From an uncultured Acidobacteriaceae bacterium (GTDB lineage Bacteria; Acidobacteriota; Terriglobia; Terriglobales; Acidobacteriaceae): 64,000 nt of DNA. Position 1 is the first letter of the stretch; each line of letters begins with the position of its first letter. Shown here in pieces: positions 27,233 to 36,264 of this stretch. The position numbers and the translations under genes were made by a program. The notes under the pieces were generated by a model that saw nothing but the letters and a program-made list of their open reading frames with translations, made no database searches and had not been told where the DNA came from. The stretch is taken from NCBI GenBank assembly GCA_963830635.1, contig CAWHMN010000003.1, forward strand, positions 46,190 through 110,189. The letters run 5' to 3'.

Positions 27233-28177
27233 ATGGTCGAAGCAGTCATGCTGTGGAACGAGCCGAATAACCTGTCGCACTGGAACTTCCAACTGGATCC
27301 GGGCTGGAAGCGCTTTGCCGACATGGTGATCGGAGCATCCGCCGCCATTCGCAGGGTTAACCCTGCGCTCCCTATAGTGCTCGGGGGGGTGTCCTCCTGC
27401 GACTGCGACTTTCTCCGGCTCATGAAGTCTTACGGGGTCATCGAGGCGATCGATGCGGTCGCCGTTCACGGATTTCCCCTGGACTGGAATCACTGGCCGG
27501 TGAACGAGTGGCCGGCGCGGATTGCCGAGGCCGCGGACGTTGCGGGCAAGCCCGTGTGGGTCAGCGAGATCGGTGCTTCTTCCTTCGGGGCGGAAGAGGT
27601 GCAGTTGTTTGGCATGCAGCGCATGCTCCACCTGCTGCGCGGCCGGGTTGAGCGCATTCACTGGTACAGCCTGTTCGATCTTCCGCCTACCTGGCCTGCG
27701 GAAACGCGCCACAAGGAGGCGGAAGGCAGCTCGTACTACCGGCATTACTACCTCGGGCTCCTGGCGCACGACGGCTCTCCCAAGCTTGCCGCCCACGAAT
27801 TCCCCCGCGACGGCGACGTGGGCCTGTGCCAGTGGTTCCACTTTGAAGATCCCCGTCTCGGCCGTGCGGTGGAGTGGATGAAGGCGCATGGCGTCCAGTA
27901 CCTGCGGACCGGCCTGAGCTGGGCGGATTCCTATCGCCCCCACGCGGAGGCCTGGTTCGACCGCCAGATGCGTGCGCTCGCGCCCTTCGACACCACGCTG
28001 ACCCTGTGTTTTACGCCCGAACATCTGGGGCTTGAGGCGCACCACACCAGCCCACCCAACCACAACGCAGATTTTGCCGAGTTTGCGTCCTGGGCCGTCC
28101 GGCGGTATGCCTCGGCCAGTAAGGAGCAGAGCCTTCATCCCATGGAACTGGAAGAGCGAGAGGTAGCAAGCGCATGA
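27233..28177 (+). CDS. GH39-like clan GH-A (beta/alpha)8 hydrolase, apparently circularly permuted
   Basis: It starts 8 aa before the acid/base motif LWNEPNN. The nucleophile-like motif is PVWVSEIGAS. The C-terminal 100 aa (AVEWMKAHGVQYLRTGLSWAD...TLCFTPEHLG...SPPNHNADFAEFASWAVRRY) look like the strands that normally precede NEP. GAGGGGAAAGG lies upstream of ATG 27233. The track extension back to 26939 is Arg-rich junk overlapping the methyltransferase. Confidence 0.65.
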   Translation: MVEAVMLWNEPNNLSHWNFQLDPGWKRFADMVIGASAAIRRVNPALPIVLGGVSSCDCDFLRLMKSYGVIEAIDAVAVHGFPLDWNHWPVNEWPARIAEAADVAGKPVWVSEIGASSFGAEEVQLFGMQRMLHLLRGRVERIHWYSLFDLPPTWPAETRHKEAEGSSYYRHYYLGLLAHDGSPKLAAHEFPRDGDVGLCQWFHFEDPRLGRAVEWMKAHGVQYLRTGLSWADSYRPHAEAWFDRQMRALAPFDTTLTLCFTPEHLGLEAHHTSPPNHNADFAEFASWAVRRYASASKEQSLHPMELEEREVASA

Positions 28178-29298
28178 CCGCAAAGCAGGTACTCATTACC
28201 GGCGGAGCCGGCTTCGTCGGATCGCACCTGGCGGACGGACTTCTCCGCGCGGGGCACTCGGTCCGCATCCTGGATAACCTGACCCCCCAGGTGCATGACA
28301 GCGCCCGGCCGGACTATCTCTCGCCGCAGGTAGAACTGGTCGTCGGAGATGTTCGCGATCGTGACCGGGTGCGGCGGGCCATTGAGGACGTGGATGTCAT
28401 CTTTCACTTCGCGGCTGCCGTCGGTGTGGGCCAGTCCATGTACGAGATCAGCCGCTATATGGAGATCAACACGCAAGGGACCGCTGAATTGCTGCAGGTG
28501 CTGCTGGACAGCCGTCATTCGCTCGAGAAGTTGATCGTGGCCTCCTCCATGTCGATCTATGGGGAAGGGAGTTACCACTGCGCGGCGTGCGACCGTTCCG
28601 TGGCTCCGCCGGTGCGCAAGCCGGAACAGTTGCGCGCAGGCTCCTGGGAGGTCGCGTGTCCGGACTGCGCCGGCGCCCTGGAACCGCGCCCCACGTGTGA
28701 AGACAAGCCCTCGGAACTGACCTCGTTCTATGCCCTTTCCAAGCGGGACCAGGAGGAGATGTGCCTGATCTATGGCCGTACCTACGGGGTGCCGGTGGCC
28801 GCGCTGCGGTTCTTCAATATCTATGGCACGCGCCAGGCTCTATCCAATCCGTATACCGGCGTGGCCGCCATCTTCGCCTCCCGCATGTTGAACAACCAGC
28901 CACCGCTGATCTTCGAGGACGGTGAGCAGATGCGCGACTTCGTGAGCGTGCATGACATCGTCAGAGCCAACTTACTGGCCATGGAACGGCCGGAGGCGGA
29001 CCAGGTCATCCTGAATATCGGTTCGGGGCAACCTATCTCCATCCGGCGCATAGCCGAAGTGCTCTCCAAAGCGCTGGGCAAGGACATGCCTCCGGTCATC
29101 ACGCGCAAGTATCGCGCGGGCGATATCCGCCATTGCTATGCCGATGTGACCCGTGCGCGCGAGGTTCTCGGCTATATTCCGCGCGTCAGCCACGAGGAAG
29201 GTTTTCGTGAACTTGCGGAGTGGCTTGCATCCCAAGAGGCAGAAGACAAGGCAGAGAGGGCGATGCGTGAGCTGACGGCTTACGGCTTATCCGCATAG
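28174..29298 (+). CDS. NAD-dependent epimerase/dehydratase (extended SDR) with 4-Cys zinc-ribbon-like insert
   Basis: ITGGAGFVGSHL; the catalytic YxxxK is probably YALSK. The insert CAAC...x24...CPDC lies at 28579-28668. There is a 4-nt ATGA overlap with the upstream gene. Confidence 0.8.
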   Translation: MTAKQVLITGGAGFVGSHLADGLLRAGHSVRILDNLTPQVHDSARPDYLSPQVELVVGDVRDRDRVRRAIEDVDVIFHFAAAVGVGQSMYEISRYMEINTQGTAELLQVLLDSRHSLEKLIVASSMSIYGEGSYHCAACDRSVAPPVRKPEQLRAGSWEVACPDCAGALEPRPTCEDKPSELTSFYALSKRDQEEMCLIYGRTYGVPVAALRFFNIYGTRQALSNPYTGVAAIFASRMLNNQPPLIFEDGEQMRDFVSVHDIVRANLLAMERPEADQVILNIGSGQPISIRRIAEVLSKALGKDMPPVITRKYRAGDIRHCYADVTRAREVLGYIPRVSHEEGFRELAEWLASQEAEDKAERAMRELTAYGLSA

Positions 29299-29324
29299 CG
29301 AAAGACGAAGGGGGCATGGTATTC

Positions 29325-30464
29325 ATGGCGAGCGAATTGGAACGGCGGGTACTGATCACTGGCGGAGCTGGCTTTATCGGATCGAATTTGGCAGCCTTTC
29401 TGCTGCAGACCACGAACGCCCGCGTCCGCATTCTCGATAATCTCTCTCGCCGGGGCGTGGAACTGAATCTTGCCTGGCTGCGACGTCTGGCCCGCGATTC
29501 CGACCGCCTGCAAATCATCGCCGGCGATGTGCGCGACGCCGGCACTGTCAACGCGGCCTGCGATGGAATCACCGAGATTTACCACTTTGCCGCACAGGTC
29601 GCGGTGACCACCAGCGTGGACGATCCGCGGGAAGATTTCTCCATCAACGCCAAAGGGACCCTGAACGTGCTCGAAGCGGCGCGGGTCCTCGCACGTAAGC
29701 CGATGCTGCTCTTTACGTCCACGAACAAGGTTTACGGCGCGCTGGATGCGCTGCCCGTGCAGACCGGGCCCCGCCGCTGCTTTGTCGCGGACCCGGGCTT
29801 CCGCGGCGTGAACGAACAGACATCGCTCGACTTCCACTCTCCCTACGGCTGCTCGAAGGGCGCGGCGGACCAGTATGTGCGCGACTATGCGCGTATCTAT
29901 GGATTGCCTACGGTTGTCTTCCGCATGTCCTGCATCTGCGGGCCCCGCCAGTTCGGTACCGAGGACCAGGGGTGGGTCGCGCATTTCCTCTACTCCGCGC
30001 TCGCCGGTCGGCCAATCAACATCTACGGCGACGGCAAACAAGTACGCGACGTGCTGCACGTCGACGACCTGATCGCGGCGATGCAGGCTGCGCGGGAGCA
30101 TCTGCCGGTCACCCGGGGGCAGGTGTACAACGTCGGCGGGGGCATGGAGCGGGCGGTCTCCGTGCTCGACATCCTTTCCCGCATCGAGCAACAGACGGGC
30201 CGGCCCTGCTCCCGCGCGCACGGCGAAATGCGGCCCGGCGATCAGCCGTTGTACATCACGGACCACTCCAAGCTCACCCGAGACACGCACTGGCAGCCGC
30301 GGCGATCCGTCGAGCAGACGCTCGCCGACATCCGAAAATTCTGGAATGCCAATCGCGATCTGATCGGCCGTTCGAAGGCGCCGAAGCTGATCTCCGAAGC
30401 GCCTGTCCCTGGAGGGTCTGTCTCTGAAGTCTCGATCGCCGGCCCCAAGGAGCAGGTGGCATGA
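29325..30464 (+). CDS. NAD-dependent epimerase/dehydratase (CDP-paratose/tyvelose 2-epimerase-like SDR)
   Basis: VLITGGAGFIGSNLA...ILDNLSRRGVELNLAWL and YGCSKGAADQY. I preferred ATG 29325 because the AAGGGG spacing is 10 nt. The track start at 29316 has only 1 nt spacing. Confidence 0.8.
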   Translation: MASELERRVLITGGAGFIGSNLAAFLLQTTNARVRILDNLSRRGVELNLAWLRRLARDSDRLQIIAGDVRDAGTVNAACDGITEIYHFAAQVAVTTSVDDPREDFSINAKGTLNVLEAARVLARKPMLLFTSTNKVYGALDALPVQTGPRRCFVADPGFRGVNEQTSLDFHSPYGCSKGAADQYVRDYARIYGLPTVVFRMSCICGPRQFGTEDQGWVAHFLYSALAGRPINIYGDGKQVRDVLHVDDLIAAMQAAREHLPVTRGQVYNVGGGMERAVSVLDILSRIEQQTGRPCSRAHGEMRPGDQPLYITDHSKLTRDTHWQPRRSVEQTLADIRKFWNANRDLIGRSKAPKLISEAPVPGGSVSEVSIAGPKEQVA

Positions 30465-31750
30465 GGTATGCGCTGGTCAACCCGCACTGGTCCTTCGCCG
30501 GTTCCACCTACTTCGGCTGCCAGGAGCCTCACTTTCCTCTCGAGCTGTTATCGGCCGAGCAGTTCCTGCGCAAGGCGGGACATGACACGTTACTGGTCGA
30601 TGCTCACATGGAAGGGCTAAGTGCCTCAGAGGTGCGGGATCGCCTGGAAGGGTTTCGTCAGGACTACCTGGTGATTCCGACAGCGCCTTCCTATCTCTTC
30701 TGGCGCTGCCCACAACCGGAGCTGCGCATTCCGCGCCAGTGGTTCGAAGCCTTGCACAGCTCGGCCATCTCGGTTGCTATCGGTCCTCACGGCTCCGCTA
30801 CGCCGACGGCGACGCTGCGCAAGACCGGCGCCGACGTCGTCCTGCGCGGCGAACCGGATCAGGTGCTGCCTGACCTGGCGACCAAAGCGTGGATCGAGAT
30901 CCCCGGTTGCTATTGGATGGAGAACGGCAAGGTGCACATGAACGCGGGGCTCGGCGTCACCGATATGCGCGCGGTTGAGCCGCTCGACTACCGCGGTTAT
31001 CCGGTGGAGCTGCACACGCACAAGCACCATATCTTTACCGAAGTCGGCGGCCTGGGCGCGGAAGTCGAGTTTGCCCGCGGCTGCCCGTGGTCGTGCTCCT
31101 TCTGCAACAAGACCCTCTTCCGCAACAAGTATCGTGAGCGTAGCGTCGCGGCGGTCATCGAGGAGATCGACCATCTGATCGCGCGGGGCGTCGGATACAT
31201 CTACTTCATTGACGAAATCTTTGGCGTGGGCAGGCAGGTGCGCAGCCTGCTGGAGGCGGTCGCGCAGAGGCCGGTCAGCATCGGCTTCCAGAGCCGCATC
31301 GATCTGTGGGATGAAGACTCGCTTGATCTGCTGGGGCGGGCGCATTGCATCTCCATGGAGTGCGGCATCGAGTCCATTACCGAGGCCGGCCGTGACGAGT
31401 TGAACAAGAACTGCAAGCTTTCCACCGACCGCATCGCAGAGCTGTTGATCTGTGCGCGCGGGCGCATCCCCTGGGTGCAGGCGAATCTCATCAAGACGGC
31501 GAACGACGATCCGGCGCTGGTCGCTGCATGGCAGGCCAAGCTCAAGGCGGCGGGCGTGTGGGTATCCGAGCCCGTTCCCATGTTCCCCTTCCCGGGAAGC
31601 CCGCAATACGTACAGACATTTGGCGCGCAGCCCGACGACACCGCATGGGAGCGGGCGCACGAGTACTACCTCGGCCTGTTCGCCGACAAAGGTTACAGCG
31701 ATATTCAGGAGCAGCACCCTATCCCCCTCGAGGAGCTTGAATGCGTCTGA
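30461..31750 (+). CDS. B12-binding domain / radical SAM protein
   Basis: The N-terminal Rossmann-like B12 domain reads GHDTLLVDAHM...DYLVIPT. The radical SAM cluster motif CPWSCSFC (Cx3Cx2C) lies at 31082-31105. There is a 4-nt overlap with the upstream gene. Confidence 0.85.
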   Translation: MRYALVNPHWSFAGSTYFGCQEPHFPLELLSAEQFLRKAGHDTLLVDAHMEGLSASEVRDRLEGFRQDYLVIPTAPSYLFWRCPQPELRIPRQWFEALHSSAISVAIGPHGSATPTATLRKTGADVVLRGEPDQVLPDLATKAWIEIPGCYWMENGKVHMNAGLGVTDMRAVEPLDYRGYPVELHTHKHHIFTEVGGLGAEVEFARGCPWSCSFCNKTLFRNKYRERSVAAVIEEIDHLIARGVGYIYFIDEIFGVGRQVRSLLEAVAQRPVSIGFQSRIDLWDEDSLDLLGRAHCISMECGIESITEAGRDELNKNCKLSTDRIAELLICARGRIPWVQANLIKTANDDPALVAAWQAKLKAAGVWVSEPVPMFPFPGSPQYVQTFGAQPDDTAWERAHEYYLGLFADKGYSDIQEQHPIPLEELECV

Positions 31751-32883
31751 TGATGACCACCGACGTGGTGGGAGGAGTCTGGACCTATACGCAGGAGCTG
31801 GTCGAAGGCATCATCCGCGAAGGGCATCAGGTCGTCCTTGTCAGCCTGGGACGCGCACCCTCCGGCGAGCAGCGATCGTGGGCTGAGCGTGTATCGCAAG
31901 CGGCGGCGGGCCGGCTCCGCTATGTGCCGACCGAGTTCAAGCTGGAATGGATGCCGGACGGCCACCAGGATATGGAGGAATCGTCCGCGTTCCTGCTCCG
32001 CTTGATTGCCGAAGAGCATCCGGACGTCCTGCACTGCAACCAGTTCTGCTACGGATCGCTGCCATGCGCGGTCCCGCGCGTGGTGGTCGCGCATAGCGAT
32101 GTGGTGAGCTGGTGGCATGGCCGCCATGCCGCTGCGCCGCCCGAAGACGCCTGGTTTGCGTGGTATCGCTCGGTGGTCGGCCACGGGCTTGAGCTCGCCA
32201 ATGCCATCGTCGCGCCGACGGCATGGATGTGCCAGCAACTCACATTGCACTATGGCGTCAGGCGAGCGGAATGTCACGTGATTTCGAATGGACGGCGCGC
32301 GCCCCTCGCCGGCGGCCGGCCTCGCCGTATGCAGGGCATAACCGCGGGCCGGTTGTGGGACGAGGGCAAGAATATCCGTCTGCTCAGTGATGCCTTGCTT
32401 GCCCTGCCGGTGTATGTCGCGGGTGACCGTGGCGGGATAGACAGCGGCGACGCCAGTGCCGCAGCGTCTGGCCAGCCCGGCAAGGCCAATGCGCAGGTGC
32501 ACTTCCTGGGCGCTCTCAGATCCGGCGAACTGCTGGCCCTTATGCAGGAGAGCGTCATGTACATCGGCACGTCCATCTACGAGCCCTTCGGCCTTGCCCC
32601 TCTGGAGGCGGCGCTTGCCGGGTGTGCGCTGGTGCTGAGCGACATCCCGTCCTTCCGTGAAGTGTGGGCGGACACGGCAGTGTTCTTCGATGCCCGGGAT
32701 GCGCATGCGCTCGCCCGCGCCGTCAACGGACTGGTCGAGGATCCGGAACGGCTTCATCAGCTCGCAGCCGCGGCCCAGGCCCGGGCGGCCCAATTGTATG
32801 CAGCCGAAACAATGACTGCCCGGTATCTGGAGCTGTATGCCAGGGTCCGATCAAACGCGGAAGAGGGCGCCTTTGCGGCGTAA
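31741..32883 (+). CDS. Glycosyltransferase family 4 (GT-B fold)
   Basis: GGVWTYTQELVEGIIREGHQVVLVS and YEPFGLAPLEAALAGCALVLSDIPSFREV (EX7E-type region). It overlaps the radical SAM gene by 10 nt. Confidence 0.8.
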   Translation: MRLMMTTDVVGGVWTYTQELVEGIIREGHQVVLVSLGRAPSGEQRSWAERVSQAAAGRLRYVPTEFKLEWMPDGHQDMEESSAFLLRLIAEEHPDVLHCNQFCYGSLPCAVPRVVVAHSDVVSWWHGRHAAAPPEDAWFAWYRSVVGHGLELANAIVAPTAWMCQQLTLHYGVRRAECHVISNGRRAPLAGGRPRRMQGITAGRLWDEGKNIRLLSDALLALPVYVAGDRGGIDSGDASAAASGQPGKANAQVHFLGALRSGELLALMQESVMYIGTSIYEPFGLAPLEAALAGCALVLSDIPSFREVWADTAVFFDARDAHALARAVNGLVEDPERLHQLAAAAQARAAQLYAAETMTARYLELYARVRSNAEEGAFAA

Positions 32884-33979
32884 ACTGCGCATTGCTTTCT
32901 TTGCTCATTCCTTCCGGTCGGACTGGAATAACGGCAACGCGCATTTCCTGCGCGGGCTCGCCCGGGAACTCGGCAAGCTGGGGCACGCCGTCACCTGCTA
33001 CGAGCAGATGGATGGCTGGTCCTACACCAACCTGGTCGCGGAGGAGCAGGAACGCGGAGACGCATCGCTCAGGACATTCGCTACCACCTATCCTGACCTG
33101 CAGGTTGAGCTGCTGAACGGCAGTGACGGAGAGCTACGCGCCGCCTTGCGAAGCGCCGATATCGCCCTGGTGCATGAATGGCATACGCCCGGGATGATCG
33201 CCGATCTCCTGGCGGCCCGCGAGGGACTGCCGTGCAAACTGCTCTTCCACGATACGCATCACCGCGCCTCCAGCTCACCGGAACAGATCCGCCTGCTGCA
33301 GGTGCAACGCTTCGATGGCGTTGTGGCGTTCGGTGAAGCGTTGCGAGCGATCTACCGCGAACGCTTCGGCCTGAGCCGCGTATGGACGCTGCACGAAGCC
33401 GCGGATACGACCATCTTCTTCCCGCAGGAGCGTAAGAAGAGCATCGACGTGGTCTGGGTGGGGAACTGGGGAGACAACGAGCGCAGCCAGGAGCTCTGCG
33501 AATATCTGGTCGAGCCCGCTCGCCGCTTGCAACGATACAAATTCCAGGTGCACGGCGTGCGATATCCCACGGAAGCACGCGCGGCCCTCAGGAGTGCCGG
33601 GATCGCCTTCTGTGGATATCTTCCTAACCTGAGTGCGCCGGCGGTATACGACGCATCCCGGCTGACTCTGCATGTCCCGCGCCAGCAATACTCCGGCGCG
33701 ATGGTGGGTATCCCGACCATCCGTGTCTTTGAGGCCTTGGCCGCGGGCGTTCCGCTGATCTCGGCACCGTGGAGCGATGCCGAGAGCCTCTTCCGCCCGC
33801 AGGACTTCCGCCGCGTGAACAGCGGGGCGGAGATGACCATGGCGATTCGGAATCTGCTGGAGGACGGCGCGGCGGCGGCGCAGATGGCTGAGGCGGGACT
33901 TGAGACAGTGCGCGCGCGCCACACCTGCCGCCACCGTGCCGAGGAGTTCACCGGGATCTGCGAGGAAGTACTGGCATGA
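32837..33979 (+). CDS. CgeB-like glycosyltransferase-fold protein, paralog 1
   Basis: SDWNNGNAHFLRGLARELGKLGH N-terminus, VVWVGNWGDNER, and C-terminal TIRVFEALAAGVPLIS. It is paralogous to the next two genes. ATG 32837 gives a 47-nt overlap with the GT4 gene, and no alternative start exists downstream before the conserved N-terminus. Confidence 0.65.
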   Translation: MPGSDQTRKRAPLRRKLRIAFFAHSFRSDWNNGNAHFLRGLARELGKLGHAVTCYEQMDGWSYTNLVAEEQERGDASLRTFATTYPDLQVELLNGSDGELRAALRSADIALVHEWHTPGMIADLLAAREGLPCKLLFHDTHHRASSSPEQIRLLQVQRFDGVVAFGEALRAIYRERFGLSRVWTLHEAADTTIFFPQERKKSIDVVWVGNWGDNERSQELCEYLVEPARRLQRYKFQVHGVRYPTEARAALRSAGIAFCGYLPNLSAPAVYDASRLTLHVPRQQYSGAMVGIPTIRVFEALAAGVPLISAPWSDAESLFRPQDFRRVNSGAEMTMAIRNLLEDGAAAAQMAEAGLETVRARHTCRHRAEEFTGICEEVLA

Positions 33980-35070
33980 ATATCTTTGTCTTTGGTTCCA
34001 GCATCGTGTCTTCCTACTGGAACGGCGCGGCCACCTATTACCGGGGCATCTACAAGGCGCTCCATGCTCTCGGACACCGCGTGACATTCGCCGAACCCGA
34101 CGCCTACGGGCGCCAGCAGAAGCGCGATGCCGGGGATTACTCCTACGTGCACTCGCTGGTGTACGCGCCGGGGCGCGACCTGAATGCGATGCTGCGGCTT
34201 GCGAGCCGGGCGGACCTGGTCATCAAGCACAGCGGCATTGGCGTCGATGACGAGGAGTTGGAACTACGCGTGCTCGAGTGCCAGCCGCAGGCGTCCGTCA
34301 TCTTCTGGGATGTGGATGCGCCCGCGACCATCGCCCGCATGAATGAGTATCCGCAGGATGCATTTCCGAGGGCCATTCCACGGTATGACGCCATCCTGAC
34401 CTATGGCGGCGGCCCGGAGATCGAACGGCATTATCGCTCCTATGGCGCACGCGCGTTCGCCAGCATCTACAACGGATTGGACTCTGACACGCACCACCCC
34501 GTCGCGCCGGACCCGTCCCTCAAATGCGATCTCGCGTTCATCGGCAACCGTCTTCCGGACCGCGAGCGCCGCGTGGAGGATCTGTTTCTTGCAGCGGCGC
34601 AGCAGGCGCCCGAGAAGCAGTTCCTGTTAGGTGGAGAGGGCTGGGGCGACAAGCCGCTGCCGCCGAACGTGCGCTGGATCGGGCACGTGCCGACGACCGA
34701 CCACAACCGCGTGAACTGCTCGGCCGCCATGGTGCTGAATATCAACCGCGCATCCATGGCCAGCTTCGGCTTCTCTCCACCTACCCGTGTGTTTGAGGTC
34801 GCAGGCAGCGGATCGTGTCTCCTGTGCGATGATTGGCCGGGCGTCGAAGAGTGCTTCGAGCCCGGGAGGGAGATACTCATCATTCGCTCCGCTGCCGATG
34901 TCGTCGATTGCCTCCGCAGCCACGATCGGAGGTCGGCTGCCGCTCTCGGGCAAGCGCTGCGTGCGCGTGCGCTGCGCGACCACACCTATACGCAGCGCGC
35001 CAGGGTGCTGGATGCTCTCCTGAGCAGCAACTTCCGCTCCTGCGAGCTGGTCGAGAGGGAGCCGGCATGA
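33976..35070 (+). CDS. CgeB-like glycosyltransferase-fold protein, paralog 2
   Basis: SSYWNGAATYYRGIYKALHALGH, LAFIGNRLPDRERR and PTRVFEVAGSGSCLLCD. There is a 4-nt overlap at each end. Confidence 0.7.
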   Translation: MNIFVFGSSIVSSYWNGAATYYRGIYKALHALGHRVTFAEPDAYGRQQKRDAGDYSYVHSLVYAPGRDLNAMLRLASRADLVIKHSGIGVDDEELELRVLECQPQASVIFWDVDAPATIARMNEYPQDAFPRAIPRYDAILTYGGGPEIERHYRSYGARAFASIYNGLDSDTHHPVAPDPSLKCDLAFIGNRLPDRERRVEDLFLAAAQQAPEKQFLLGGEGWGDKPLPPNVRWIGHVPTTDHNRVNCSAAMVLNINRASMASFGFSPPTRVFEVAGSGSCLLCDDWPGVEECFEPGREILIIRSAADVVDCLRSHDRRSAAALGQALRARALRDHTYTQRARVLDALLSSNFRSCELVEREPA

Positions 35071-36170
35071 AGATTGTCATCCTGGGACTCACGCTCTCGT
35101 CTTCCTGGGGCAACGGGCACGCCACCACCTATCGCTCCCTGTGCCGGGCACTGCACGCGCGCGGCCACGCGATCACGTTCATTGAAAAAGACGTGCCCTG
35201 GTATCGCGAGCATCGCGATCTCCCCCATCCGTCCTACTGCGCGCTGCGCCTTTACAGCAACTGGCGGGACGAAGAACGCAGAGTCCTGCGCGAGGCGGCA
35301 GAGGCCGATGTCACGATCGTCGGCTCCTATTTCCCCGACGCGATCGCGGCCGCAGATGCTCTCTTTGCTGCTGACCGCGCACCGGTGCTCTTCTATGACA
35401 TCGACACGCCTATCACCGTTGCTGCGCTGCGTGCGCACGGTCAGGCCGATTACATCGACGCTGCGCAGATCCCCAACTATCACGCCTACCTGAGTTTTAC
35501 CGGCGGTCCCATACTGCGGGAGCTGGAAGCGCGTTTCGGCTCGCCCCTGGCCGCGCCGCTCTACTGTTCGGTCGATCCCGCGGCGCATCAGCGCACGCCT
35601 GTCCGTGCCGAGTTCAGGAGCGATCTCAGTTATCTCGGCACGTATGCTGCCGATCGCCAGCCCAAGCTGATGAGATTGCTCAATGGCGCCGCGGCACAAC
35701 TGCCGCACGCGCGCTTTGTCGTGGCGGGTCCCATGTATCCGCAGGAGATCGCATGGGCGCCGAATGTGCATCGCCTTAATCATGTACCTCCGCCGCAGCA
35801 TGCCAGCTTCTACTCGTCGTCGCGCTTCTCCCTGAACCTGACGCGCCAGGAGATGGTCTATGCCGGCTACTCGCCCTCCGTCCGGCTCTTTGAGGCCGCG
35901 GCCTGCGGAGCGGCTGTCATCTCCGACGCGTGGCGCGGCATGGAAGGCTTCTTCACTCCGGGCGAGGAGATACTCCTGGCCGAGAGCGACTCCGATGTCA
36001 TCGGCTATCTCTCCCATACCACGGATCAAGAGATCCACTCGATCGGCAGCCGTGCGCGCGAACGCGTGCTCGCGCACCATACGGCCGATTGCCGCGCCAT
36101 TGAATTCGAGGACATCGTCGCCGCCCCCTCCGGCAGTCGAACACGTATGGCTGCGACGGCTGCGGTCTAG
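35067..36170 (+). CDS. CgeB-like glycosyltransferase-fold protein, paralog 3
   Basis: SSSWGNGHATTYRSLCRALHARGH, LSYLGTYAADRQPK and SVRLFEAAACGAAVISD. The start is ATG 35067 (ATGA overlap), not the track start at 34833. Confidence 0.7.
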   Translation: MKIVILGLTLSSSWGNGHATTYRSLCRALHARGHAITFIEKDVPWYREHRDLPHPSYCALRLYSNWRDEERRVLREAAEADVTIVGSYFPDAIAAADALFAADRAPVLFYDIDTPITVAALRAHGQADYIDAAQIPNYHAYLSFTGGPILRELEARFGSPLAAPLYCSVDPAAHQRTPVRAEFRSDLSYLGTYAADRQPKLMRLLNGAAAQLPHARFVVAGPMYPQEIAWAPNVHRLNHVPPPQHASFYSSSRFSLNLTRQEMVYAGYSPSVRLFEAAACGAAVISDAWRGMEGFFTPGEEILLAESDSDVIGYLSHTTDQEIHSIGSRARERVLAHHTADCRAIEFEDIVAAPSGSRTRMAATAAV

Positions 36171-36264
36171 CGCGGCAGATTACTGCAACGAGCAGGCTTC
36201 CTGAGCGCTGTAAAAGGCAGGGCGGGGATGTGTTCGCGAAATCGCTATGGTGGGAGACACAAAC

